A stretch of DNA of 62,573 nt, filler included, from Collodictyon triciliatum (lineage: Eukaryota): NCBI GenBank assembly GCA_043381765.1. It is 4 parts of 4 records of this genome, joined end to end, with 100 filler letters (N's around TTAATTAATTAA, not from the genome) between each part and the next. Parts side by side here need not be neighbours in the genome. Positions count along the whole stretch, not along the records: positions 1 to 21,900 come from JBHJMP010001164.1; 3 more parts are not named here. One strand, given 5' to 3'. A program made the position numbers and the translations under genes. Positions 1 to 13,100 of the stretch are shown here, piece after piece. Below the pieces are notes generated by a model, which ran no database searches, was not told where the DNA came from, and worked only from the letters and a program-made list of their open reading frames with translations. Every line of letters starts with the position of its first letter. The stretch's first letter is position 1.

Positions 1-99
1 ATGTATGTATGTATGTATGTATGTATGTATGTATGTATGTATGTATGTATGTATGTATGTATGTATGTATGTATGTATGTATGTATGGATGGATGGATG
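1..99. repeat. (ATGT)n microsatellite grading into (GGAT)n
   Basis: Direct reading of the sequence. Confidence 0.97.
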
Positions 100-849
100 A
101 ATTGAAAACGCCTTTTAGAAACGCAATTTTCTTTTGTATTGCAATGCTTTATTTCCTTTGGACAATTATATTGCGTAAACAATAGAGTTAAATACAAACG
201 TTCATCTTGGCTCCCAATTTTTAGGAGATTTGTTGCAGAAAACACAAAAAGGAATTGTTTGTATGTGCACCTGACTCAGTTTTTTGTAATATGTGTAATA
301 GCGCATATCCTTTTGCCAAAGCTAAAGACATCTTCACCACAAAATACCGCTTATAATTTCATGTGTTTTTTCCCGTCACAACAAACCATGGTAAATTTTA
401 ATGCTTCGTAAATATGAGAAAAATTGCTCAAATATCAATACCGCAACTTTATAAGTTTTCAAAAGCCTCACGAGGCAAAATTGGTATTATGCGACCATTG
501 CATCGCTTCTGAACCCATCAGGAACGTTCAACGATAATACAATAAATATCTATAAGACTAATATTTGGTGGAACCTTCACATTTTTAATACTTTATAACT
601 GCATGAAAAGTAGAGAATCAATAACGCATAGGGGTTGATGGCTCAAATAACACACATTTCATAGAAAGTAGAACGAACTGATTCATGCAACCATCTGTTG
701 GTTCATTTCACGCTTTTAAATAATAAGAAAATATCTTGATGCATTTGCAAATGAGAGGCTTCGCAATACCACCACCAACAAATAAATAAGAAAAATGAAC
801 ATACATCCTGCAGAATCATGTAAATATTCATAAAAGCTATTATTTTAAT

Positions 850-1761
850 TATTCCAGATGAAAAACATCGATCACATGGTTCAATATGATGGTTACGACG
901 ATTTTTCTAAGACCGCATGTGCATTTTATAAGACAATGAACTCACTTACATGTCTAAGTTTTGAAGAACTAATTATTGTGTTTACTGGGAACTGCATTAT
1001 GTTTTTAACGGCTTGGTACGGAAGGTTACCATTCATAGGTATATTTGCTGCCGAAACAGGTATAAAAACCTCTGTATAATCTCGTAAGTAAAATAAAGAG
1101 TCCTCGTTAAACAGGAACCTGATTTATGAAGCCAAAGGACAAGTAAATGAATAAAAGGTATGTGACTCGTTTTTCTGGTGTTCGATTGGGAATGACAAAG
1201 TAGTATCCAGCCGACCCATTACAACGCGATGATGAAAAGCTCAGCTATGACAGGGATTTTTAAATATCCACACACCCGTAATCCTTGCCACACATGTGAT
1301 TCAGTAAACCGAAAAAAAATATTATAATACAATCATGTTATTAAGAGGAGTCTCTAAAAGCCAACTGACAACGAATTCAATCCAATACCCTGTCTTCTCT
1401 TCGCACAATATATATCACAAACTTTGAGCACAAAAATAAGGGGGAATATTGCGGTTGTCTGTGCCTTGATTGACCTTGATTTGGCTTGCAAAAGAGACCG
1501 ACAGCTTTGTGGCTATTGCGCTAATTGGCGAGCATTTCGGTGTTGCGCTAGTTGAGAATTTTGTGCTTTTACTATTGCTATGGATTTGTTATAGTCTTTG
1601 TCATCGCGGTGTGGTTTCTCATACTCCTTTTTCCACAGCAATAAAACAATAATATTGAAGCTGCAAGCCAAGTGTGCGACAGCAGAGGCAAATGTCCGGG
1701 AATACACACACCAAACCTTCCGCTTCTTTGCCCTCGGAGTCCGAAGGATAATGTCGCTCAT
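850..1761 (-). CDS. Possible multi-exon gene of unknown function (5' part; extent uncertain)
   Basis: ATG at 1761 gives MSDIILRTPRAKKRK followed by a GT donor. Several AG/GT-bounded, GC-richer blocks lie downstream on the minus strand, but I could not build a recognisable spliced protein. Confidence 0.25.
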
Positions 1762-2013
1762 ATTAAATATCTGGGTTGTGCAGCGAATGGTGTTGGGTGT
1801 TTGCGTATCTTATCTTGCCTCTTTTTATTCCGTCCTCCGTTGCCGCCCACTTGATCACATACGAGCGCCATTTTTTTCATCTACTTTTTCTTTACTTTTT
1901 GCTCGTACGTATCGCTTTTATATTTTTTTATACGAGATTTATTCTTAACATGTGAGTTCTTTTGATACGTTATGATGATACCATAGTCTTGAACAGAGTT
2001 AGTTTTCTCAAAG

Positions 2014-2158
2014 AAAACAAACAAGAAAAACAAACAAGAAAAACAAACAAGAAAAACAAACAAGAAAAACAAACAAGAAAAACAAACAAGAAAAACAAAC
2101 AAGAAAAACAAACAAGAGAAACAAACAAGAAAAACAAGCAAGCAAGCAAACAAACAAA
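2014..2158. repeat. 13-bp tandem repeat (AAAAACAAACAAG)n upstream of NEK10
   Basis: Direct reading; explains the KQEKQTRKTN / FLVCFSCL spurious ORFs. Confidence 0.93.
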
Positions 2159-2291
2159 AGCTATAGAAAAGAAAAAAAGTTTTAGAAAACCTACACTTAC
2201 TCGGTCTAACCCACAAAGCAAAAAGACAGCCGGTTCTGAGCAGACGCTGTGGGAGAGCAGAGTCAAGGAGTAGCGTGAAACCTTCTGCAAG

Positions 2292-5200
2292 ATGTCTTTT
2301 GGCATCGAATCGGAGGCTTTTTTGATCCAACTGGCGGATTCAGTACGCTCCAAAACACCAGACAAAGTGAGATTGGTGCCTCTCCAGGACGATACGCACG
2401 ACCCAGGGAGCATCACAGTAGTTTGTGAAGCGCACCTTTTGGAGCAGTTTATTCTCACTTACTCTGACACTTATGACTTCGCCGAGGCTCGGCATCTACA
2501 TGCAGATGTTTTCTGTGGGTTATTGAACAATCGCTTGTTGGACGCGTATGCATCTATTTCTTGCATAATTAATGAATGTTTCTGTTTTGTGAGAGTATCA
2601 AGCCAATCATGTGGAATGCGTTCAATGTTTTTTTTTTTTGATGATTTATTCATGCTTTTCTACTATATTCTCTCTGCCTGTGAATGAAAGCCCGTTTTCC
2701 TCTATGCTTCGCCCATAAATGTCAATTTGAACCATATTAAATAGGTGTTGGTTATCGACAGCAAACATGGATGATATCCTTCGTGTTTTACAGGGAATAC
2801 GTCTTCTTGTTCGAGATATTGAGTTTTTGGTATTACAATCCCATTTGTCTTTGAAATATATTTTGTTTCAAAATGTCACATTACAAATATTTGCATATTG
2901 TTTTTTCTACTTTCAACTGAATATTGTTGGAACAGGGAGCCGAATCAGAATTCAAAGTCGAATAAACCAAAAACTATTTCATCGGTTTAATAGGAACTCT
3001 TGTACAGAGGCAACGGTACAGAGATACTTGGAAATCTGCTTGACTGCTACTCAAAACAACATTTTGAGGATGAACACCAGATATTCTACAATGAATCAAT
3101 CATAGAGATTGTCAGTGAGTGTTTGCTTACACCTTTTTAATAGAAAATGTATTCTGTGAAACTGATTCACCATTTTCTGAGGTATTATATTTCACTAAAA
3201 AGGATCTTAAAAAAAAAAAGGTATATCGAAAAGGTTTGCTGCAAACCCTGAAATGAGAGCAGCGCTAATCCAATTTGGCATCCATCGTACAATTGTATCT
3301 TTACTCTATTCAGGGGATGCGATGATTTTGCAGTGCTCGATAGTAGCTCTTATTAATATATGTTTAAGGTTAATTTACAGATACCTTGATTGTGGAAACT
3401 TTCCTATAAATATTGTTTGAAAAAAGTAACATCTTCATCGAATTATTTAAGTAACTTTATTCCCCTACTCCAGCGATCAATACAGTGCAGAAATTGGGCG
3501 TCTTGATTGCGTCGAAATATTGCTGCGTATTATACAAGAATGTGAAGAGTCTTTGACCATTTTAGCGTCTGATTTGCTCGATTTACTTACGAAAGTAGAA
3601 GAGAACAGATTGCGACTTAAGCTTTCCGACGGAATAAGAACAATTCTAAAGTATAACGATGCTCAGCTCTAATTAATATTTAAATGCATTATTTGACGGT
3701 TTGAATTACTTTTCTGAATTTATTTTTGCTTGAAATTATCAAAGCATATTGAACCAGAAGGGAGATGCAAAGGTTGTAAAGGCTTTGCTGAACACTATCA
3801 CGAATTCAGCAATTGATCATGACATGTGCAAGCAAGTGCGCCTTCATGGGGGAATACCTTTGCTATTATCATTCCTGAGGTTCATTTTTTTCCGCCTTAA
3901 AGCTGCCTGCGTGTAAGATTGTGAACGCTACTTTTTTTTTTTAACGATGATTTAAATCGAGAAGTTCGTCGGGCACAAATATGAGCACATCAACAGGCAA
4001 TTTATCGTATCCTGCCAATGTAGTCGTGAGGTGATAATCATATATTTACTTTGTGATATAACTGCGCTAATTTCCTATTATTTTTCGTGGATTATAATCT
4101 TAACTTTGATAATAAAACTTTCTGAATTTAGTGTTTGTACTGCCTTGAGTCAACTATGTTTGAATGACGATAATGCCTATTCAGTGCGAATGTGCAATGG
4201 AGTTTACCTGTTGGGTCAACTATTAATTTATGATAAATGGGTAAATCTTAATTTAAATACCCATTAATTCATTCACAATAAGAAACGATTGGGTGGTTTT
4301 TTTTCATAATTTATGTAAACTCTATATATATTGAATAATACAATTTAATTGATAAATAATTCATGAAACTAGATATTGGAAGATGACCCTGATATTCGCG
4401 AGAATATTCAGCTACAAGCTTTTAGAACTCTTCGCTATGTATTTTCAGTTGAGAGGAATCGAAAGATATTCAAGAGACTATTTCCGGCTGAAATATTTGA
4501 ATTGTTCATCGATATAGGGCATTACAGAAAGGACCTTGAAGATTACAAACTGATGGTTTCAAAATTCAATGATTTGCAGGTGTTTATAAAAGACGTTTTC
4601 CCTGAAAGGGGTCTCATGAAAATATTATTTTAGTATCATAAAGGTGTCTTATCTCTTGATGGTCAGTCTTGTTGATTATTCTTTCAAAATAATGCTGATA
4701 ATATGAAGGTATCTGATATGGATCAAATCCGAGTCTCATTAGATGATATCAACATATTTAAGGGACCTGTCCAGGTGCGTTACTTATGTTATATTCAACC
4801 CATATACTAATACCTTGCAATCCAATGTATCAACATATATCCATTACTTCCTTACACCATTTAATCTCTATTTTGCATACACTTTGAATCATAAAAGCGC
4901 CATGTTCGTGACTATGCCGTTCAAGAGATGATTGGAAAAGGTGGCTTTGGGAGTGTTTGGCAGGTGGATTCTCTCTCCCTCATTTTTACGTACATTTTGC
5001 TATCTCTTCCATGGGGATAATTTAGTTCATTTAGTATCTACTAGCAACGTCTTATATTGGTGCGACCTATTTTCTTTGTAGGTGAAGAAAGACTCTGCCG
5101 AGCAATTATTTGCCATGAAAGAGCTGTCACTGTCCGAGTCCGGTCTTACAAAAGAGGATGTATCGAGTGATTCCACTGAGGTTGGGAAGGAGGTGAACAT

Positions 5201-6481
5201 ATTGAACAAGGTCAGAGAAAAGGCTTCTCTTTATCATGATTTGAATAAAGATAATGCTCATCACGGAGCAGAAATAATTGAACCTCTTTTTGATTTTCTT
5301 CTCTTCTGCAGTTGGACCATCCCAACATCGTAAAGTATTATCAGTCATTTATCGAAAACGATCACCTTTACATCATCATGGAGCTTGTTGACGGTAAGCG
5401 ATGTTATCTATGGTTAATATGTTTTATTTGTAAATCTCTTGTGGTTATTTTGCAACACCAGTGATAATGGTAATCCTTGAACAACTCATGATAAAATTAT
5501 CGTTTATTGCTAAAGGTGCGTCATTGCTGGATCACCTGAATTCGTTAAATGAAAAGGTTTTTTTATTTCAATCGACAAGCTGTTAACTTGAGCTAATTTG
5601 TGTTTATTGTTCATCCTCAATATACATTCGAAAGCAATTTCTAAAATGCATACAGGGCCAACGAATGGACGAAAATAGAATGTGGCAAATATTCACTCAG
5701 ATTTGTATGGCGCTAAAGTACATCCACAAAGACAAGAATATAGTTCACAGAGATTTAACACCATCAAATGTGATGATTAATTCACACAATCAAGTCAAAC
5801 TAGGTAATTCAAACAGCTTTCTTGTGTAAATTGTTTGGATATGTGAGAGCTGTGTTGGCTTATTAATTTCATATATCGCAGCTGACTTTGGTCTAGCCAG
5901 GCAAAGAAAAACAGATGCAAGTATGATGAAATCAGTCGTAGGGACGATAGTATACTCTTGGTAACAATTTTATATTTTGATCATAGTAGTTATTAGACAG
6001 AGAGTTTACAGTTTGTGACTAGAGCCGGGGAATTTAATGTCAGAAGAAGACATACCATTTAATTAATTACGATTGGTTAATTCATACGCTAGCCCTGAGA
6101 TAATCCAGCACGAGCTCTACGACGAAAAAGCAGATATTTGGTCACTTGGGTGCATATTGTAATTGCGCTTATCACTATTATATAACCTAAAAAAAAAATA
6201 TTCTCAAGTATCACTCCCCAGCACAGATCCGCCATTCATTAAGTAAGCAGTATCTAATCATTTTAAGATATCAAATGGCCACATCACAACCACCCTTCAA
6301 TGGCTCGAACATGCTAACCATAGCTCGGAAGGTTTGTAATTATGGCAAGTTTTAAACATTATATAACTGGCAACATTGAGTGACATCCAATCATCATTGA
6401 TATTGCCCGTGATTACATGCTAGATTGTCGAGATTGAATATGAACCTATTCCTACTGGAATGTTCTCTCCACTTCTCTATC
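2292..6481 (+). CDS. NEK10: NIMA-related kinase 10 (armadillo-repeat N-terminus plus kinase domain), many exons, interrupted by a gap
   Basis: Spliced exons give LQAFRTLRYVFSVERNRKIFKRLFPAEIFELFIDIGHY (NEK10 signature block), IGKGGFGSV, AMKE, HRDLTPSN, DFGLA, GTIVYSCPE and DIWSLGCILYQMAT. Checked introns are GT-AG with consistent phases. Confidence 0.9.
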
Positions 6482-7064
6482 NNNNNNNNNNNNNNNNNNN
6501 NNNNNNNNNNNNNNNNNNNNNNNNNNNNNNNNNNNNNNNNNNNNNNNNNNNNNNNNNNNNNNNNNNNNNNNNNNNNNNNNNNNNNNNNNNNNNNNNNNNN
6601 NNNNNNNNNNNNNNNNNNNNNNNNNNNNNNNNNNNNNNNNNNNNNNNNNNNNNNNNNNNNNNNNNNNNNNNNNNNNNNNNNNNNNNNNNNNNNNNNNNNN
6701 NNNNNNNNNNNNNNNNNNNNNNNNNNNNNNNNNNNNNNNNNNNNNNNNNNNNNNNNNNNNNNNNNNNNNNNNNNNNNNNNNNNNNNNNNNNNNNNNNNNN
6801 NNNNNNNNNNNNNNNNNNNNNNNNNNNNNNNNNNNNNNNNNNNNNNNNNNNNNNNNNNNNNNNNNNNNNNNNNNNNNNNNNNNNNNNNNNNNNNNNNNNN
6901 NNNNNNNNNNNNNNNNNNNNNNNNNNNNNNNNNNNNNNNNNNNNNNNNNNNNNNNNNNNNNNNNNNNNNNNNNNNNNNNNNNNNNNNNNNNNNNNNNNNN
7001 NNNNNNNNNNNNNNNNNNNNNNNNNNNNNNNNNNNNNNNNNNNNNNNNNNNNNNNNNNNNNNNN
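6482..7064. other. Assembly gap (583 N)
   Basis: Run of N. Confidence 1.
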
Positions 7065-9784
7065 CATGAGGGAATCCGAATGGATACTTACTACAAGACC
7101 CTTGAAACGCTGCAGAGAACTGTTGATGAGAATGCAGAATTACTAAAGAAAGTTCGCCTATTAGAGGTTTGCACCTTGAAGAGCTGAATCATTATTTATC
7201 ATTTGTGTTGGTAGTATCTCAATTTCATTATTCAAACATTATATAAGTCGCCTTGTATATATATTAACTATGACCTAATGACTTGATGACCTTTGACTCT
7301 TTTGTTCGGTTCAATTATTTAAACTTTGCATCGAAACAATAGTCTCAAATCGTCCCTTCAGTCTCATCTAAACAGAGCGATTCATCAATTACCAGTTCTT
7401 TTTCTTACGACTCTTTGGAACTCTTTGAACAGATCTTCGAAGAAGTTTGTAAATATATATATTCGACTAGAACCAACTCTTGCAAGAAAGATTATTTGGA
7501 TAGAAACTTTGACCGCACATTGAATTCGTCTCAATTTTTCTGTATAACTATATGATTATAAAATTTTATGACTCATCACAGAGAAAATTACTGAGGAGAT
7601 ACCAGCAAGAGAATGAAGACTTGAGAAGAGAGTCGGCCGTTGCTTTGCAGGTCTCTTATTATAATAAATTATTCTGACGGAATTTATTTTGTTCAAATAT
7701 TTATGATGCTTTTTTTTTATTTCATCCTTTAGATTGCTCATGACGCAAAGTCTGAAGCAGAGGAACTTAAGAGAAAACTCAGGAAAAATGAAGTCGAGAG
7801 TCAAGTGAGATGATAAAACAAATCGATCTATTCTCAAATTTTACATTATTTTATTATAGCCTGGTATACGTTTATTCAGGCAAGATTAGAAGAGGACCTC
7901 CGTGCCTCACGACAACAGCAACGAACTGAGATTCATGAATTAACTACAAGAATACAATCCATTGAAAGATCTGCTGCCGAAGAAAAGCGAAAGGTTCAGT
8001 TATAAATATTATACGGTTTATTACTGAACTATCTTTTCTCTTATTTTATTTTTTTTACCACTGTATACAACTCCATTACATCTTTTCAACATATCTGCTG
8101 AAAAACGCGCCCTTTTGCTGACTTAATATCCCTTTTTATATTTGGACATAAGCTCCTTGAAGAGAGAGATCAATACTCCATCAAGCTGGATGTATTAAAA
8201 TCAGGAGTGGCCGAATTCAAAATGGAAGCAAAAAGAGCACGTGAAGAGAAGTCTCGGTCAGATGATATACTTGAGGTGCGATGGAGTTTTTATGTGCAAA
8301 TTAGTATACCTTCATCGTTTCTTTAAAATATTGCATGTCTCCTGTATTGGCAGGAATATTGATTCAATTTATGCTTATGAAAATACACATTCAATCATAC
8401 AGCGACTGAAGTTGGAGAATGAAATCATGGTTCGAAAAATCAACCAACTTACTGCTGAGAATGTACAGCTGGCAGGTTAGTTGTTTTTATTTTCCCCTCC
8501 TCACAGTTAATGTCCTCTTTTTTTTTAGTTCATATATTAAATTATTAACTAATTAACTGACTGCTGGATATGAAAAGGCCTGCGTATTTAATTTTTCTTG
8601 CATCTAATACGCAATTTCAACTTTCACAGAATCTAGGACCCAGCCAACCGCCAGTCTTGAAAAAGTACCCCTCAAATTTCATTCTCGTATTTACATGCAG
8701 AATCAATCCTCAAAGTTGATAGGCACCTGTCTAAATTGAGTGAAAAGGTGTATACTTGTGCTAAACTATATGGTGACTTCCAGGTGGAATCGCTTCATCA
8801 GGAAATTAAAACCTTAAGGTCTAGACTAAAAGAAAAGATGGCGGCAAATACAAACGTACCAAATCCCGTGAGTTCAGTAATTGTCATCAAGATGAAAAAT
8901 TGTTTTTTGTTTTTTGTTTTTTGTTTTTTGCATGGTCCATCCTCATCTCGAGTCTCTTGGTGATATCTTGTCTTTAATTCGGTTTTTTAATTTGGTGAGG
9001 TTTTCATGCAAATGAATTCATATAGGGCGACTTTATTCAGCTGCTGAAGGATAAAAGAGACCTCGAGACGAATATCAACAATATAAACAAAAAACTTGCC
9101 CAAAAGGAAGCCAGGTAAATTCCAACAAGCATATTCTTAAACCATGGACTTGTATTCGCTAATAATAATACTTATGGCACTAGTGTGGCTAAGTCTATAT
9201 ATATAATGGCTAATTGGTACTTTTTTTTTCTTATCTGCACCTATTTTATTTCCCCGTATTGTTTCCGTCGACATGACAGGTGTGAACAACTTGAAAGAGA
9301 GATTCAGCAGCTGCGTGATGAGATGGGCCAATTCAAACAAATTGAAAATACGGCCCACTTGCAAATGGAAAATCTTCACTCGCAGATTAACTCCCTTTCC
9401 AACGAACTGAAGCGGGCTTATCAATCACTCAGAGAACTCGCCACTTCAAACTCTCCCTTCATTACTGACCCAGGGGAACATCCTTCTACGGACCGCTCTC
9501 CGGATGATTTGACGCAGCGCGGAAAGCGTGTTGCATACAGCGATTACGTCCAACTTCGTCGAGAAAATGCCTTGTTGAAGGCACAAATATCTGAGCTTCG
9601 GCGTATGCAGATGCCGATGAACCAGGCCCCGAGCACTCAGTTCAACCCTGCCTCTCCAAATGTGAAGGCTACACCCCAGATCGTGCGTGATATTGAGGAG
9701 CTCTCATATACCCTCCCTGACATCGTACAGTCTCCTGGCACGCCTGTGCACTCAAGTTCCGTAAAAAGCTGGAAACGTTGGTAG
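7065..9784 (+). CDS. Multi-exon coiled-coil region (C-terminal tail of NEK10 or a separate gene whose start is in the gap)
   Basis: Exons such as MDTYYKTLETLQRTVDENAELLKKVRLLE, RLKLENEIMVRKINQLTAEN, CEQLEREIQQLRDEM and YVQLRRENALLKAQISELRR are heptad-like and GT-AG bounded. Confidence 0.7.
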
Positions 9785-10199
9785 ACTTTCTCTTTTATCT
9801 TCTCTTCTCTTCTCTTTTTTCTTATAATTCAGATTTCGGAATCACTCAGGTAATATAAGACCAAGTACATCAGCATGAGCAATGTTTAATAAATGAACGT
9901 ATTGCAAACTCTAGTTGTGACAGGCACGAAAATAAATTTTCATGTAGAAACTAAACTGCCGCGCGTGAAGGAAAAAAATCCTTTTTGTTTTGTGCTTTTT
10001 ATAAGAAGTTAACTTTTATTTTTTCTTTCCTTTTTTTTTTTCTACTCACGAAAAACAAATAAGTGGTACATAGTCTCAGATGACAGATAGGACTTTGGCA
10101 AGGGGCGGCAAGAGTCAAAGGGGATGGTATGTAAGAAAATATACTGACACAGCTGGAAAGGTCTAGTAGATTGTATGACAAACTCATCCACCCAACGAC

Positions 10200-13100
10200 T
10201 TACTTTTTTCGTGCTGCAAAACCAGAGACTGTCTTCAGCTCCTTCATCGAAGAACCCTGATTTTGTGCTGCGCTCTTTTGAGATGTGTCGATGCTCGTTG
10301 AATCCCTGAATTTAGATATATTTACTGTAATTCATGTAATGAGAAACGACATCCCCACCACCCAATCAATCGTGTAAGTCATATTATCTTCAAGATACAG
10401 AAAATATATTGATTAGGTGCCATCGCATCTTAATAAACCACCGAGCAAGGGTTTGCTAATTCTTAATCTTTTCTTTTAATTTATTTCTTTTTTATCTTCT
10501 TTTTTAATTTTTTTTTATCTTCAAGTGGTAGGTAACATCTTTCAGTGAAGAAACCTTCGTGTCTGGAAGGTCATCGAATCCATGTGGCTCTGGATGACAG
10601 ACATCACTAAGCCCTGGCGAGTCTTTGGTCTGGCTGCTGCGATGCGGGGCATCGTGGGGCTGCTGGGTTTCTGCTGAAGTCCCGTATTTACCTTGCCTGT
10701 GGGTGTGCCAAGCGCAGCACCCAACGGAGGGAAAGTGATAGGCTTTTCCACATGCACAAGAATTGGAGCTGTATAGGAGGTTAAATGGATATGAGCGATA
10801 ATCAGAATCGCACCTAGACAGAACATTTATTGTTGCATCTTGCAAAATCTAGTTTGCTGTCATTTATCTCATTTATTTCGGTATGTTTAGATATAAAAAA
10901 AAAACCTTGAATTACGTCATCGTATTCTTTGGTTCTTTAATAGAATATATATGTTTAGGAATTCGGAGAGTGTAAATGTAAATATTTGTTTCGGTTCAGC
11001 GGTTGATTGCATACAAATACTTCAGTTATTGTTCCAAGCTCTTTACCCTTTTAGTCGGGGTGTGTTTTCTGATGAAAGGGAAGATACTAGGGATGGTGAC
11101 CTTCTAAGAGAGGGCATTTCGCTCATAGATTTCTAGATAATAGTACAAATAAAAATAAGTTAGTTATACATGGAACACTAGGACGAGTTTTTTGCTTTTA
11201 CTTTTGCTTTTGATTTGATTTGGTTTCTTCTCTACCTCTTTAAGACATACAGTCAAAAAAAAACCGAAAAAACTTTGTAAAATGACTTTGTACTTTGTGT
11301 GTCTTCCATTTATAAAATGTCCGCATCATCAAGCTTTTGTTGTAGAAGGATGATGCTTTTTGCGATTTCTTTGCCTCGTTTCTATTCCTAATGAAGGCAT
11401 CTAGAGCAAAACGCACTAGTACAAAGAAAAAAATTATTTGTCTTTTCCAATCGATCAATTAAAGTGATATTTATGCAGCTAATTTTAATCCCATCGCGGT
11501 TATTGAATAAACACCACATGTGTTTAATTTAATGAATTTCACTCACACAACAATCTCGCCTGAAAAGAAAGTATTGATGGGTGGTTTCTTTTCAGGAACG
11601 TAATGCATTTTATTTCTTGATTCCAGAGTGAGAGGCTTGTTCTTAGAAGATGTTGATTCCGGAATCTAATTTCATATTTGTTGTTTTGATGATGGCAATA
11701 TCTTCGCACCTTACATTTACATATAAGGCTATTTTTAAACAGTCTATCACAGGGAATAAAGCAATCACAGATTAATTTATTTTGAAAAAGGATTATAAAC
11801 AGAATATAATACAAATGAAAAGGCAACCTCATAGATACCAGCATCAACAACTTCTTTTTCTTCTTGCGGGTGGCATAATTTGAAAGAACTTTAAAATAAT
11901 GTCTCACGTTAATAATATTACACCTTTGCTTCGCTATTGGAAGCAGTTTTCCGCAAAGTTGCCCCCACACAAACCATTTGCGCCAGAACTTCTTTCTTAT
12001 CTCGGAATTAAACTGTAATTGCCCCAAGGATAAAGTTTTTTGGTTTAATTGTATACTGTCTCAAATAAAACCCCATTCATAAACTATTTTCGAAAGATAT
12101 TCAATTAAAACAAAAATGCATATCAGTGGGTATTTGATATAAATGCTGCAATTGATGATGAATTACCACAGTGGCTTGCATTTGCAGCAAGCTTTGCAAA
12201 TGCTTTTCTTTTGCGCTCCATTTATACCAAACAGCGACTATTTTTCTGGTCTTTCCTTGCGATAAACGACCTTTATTTTTTTAATTTATGGTCATTAAGA
12301 CCATCATGACAAGTAAACTAAAGCAGGTATTAAGAAAAAGATCAATTAACCATCTCGTTTGAGGTGATATGTATTTTTTTTTTTTTATTCTCCCTTTCGA
12401 TTTTGTGCAGGATATTGGATTGAGGCGATATGGGTATAAAATATTTCCAAAACTAATAAAACTGCTTACTTTTTAGAAGGTCCTCTTTTTTATAGACTTC
12501 TCTCCAATGTAATATATATGACTTCATGTACGATAATGTTCTTTTCATAATCCTCCTCTGATACATCATGACTGTTTTTTTTATTAGTAATTTTCTTTGA
12601 AGGCGGTAATTTTTGTAGGATCTTAGAGCATGAAATACTCTATTCTTTAGACGAACCTACATGAATAAAAAAAATAGTCACAATTTATCAGGTTTCAATG
12701 GTGAAACTGTAAATATAATTCAGATAAATCATATGCATTAGTAATTGGGCCAATAATGGATAATTACTATATACAGCTGTGCAACTCCTTTCTCTCGAAT
12801 TTTTCTTGAATCTAACTCTGAAACGAATTCCTGTGTTTACGTAATCTTTCAGAAAGTGCTCTTTTGAATTGAAATCAAGAGAAAAAATTAAATATTTGGT
12901 CGATCGGTGATGGATTTGACTATGGTTTGCTCCTTATACCATTAAATAATTCACAGCATTTTTCAACTGGGACATCTCCACACTGACAGAATTTTGAATG
13001 CTTCGTGGAATTGATATATGAAAGATGTTATAATTAGCATAGTATCTCATAATTTTATGACAAGATATGATGTCGACCCCCTCTTACAGAAACTGAAGAA

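Noticed and set aside
6425..7146. ORFs of about 200 aa in the track
   Set aside because: Artefacts of translating through the N gap.
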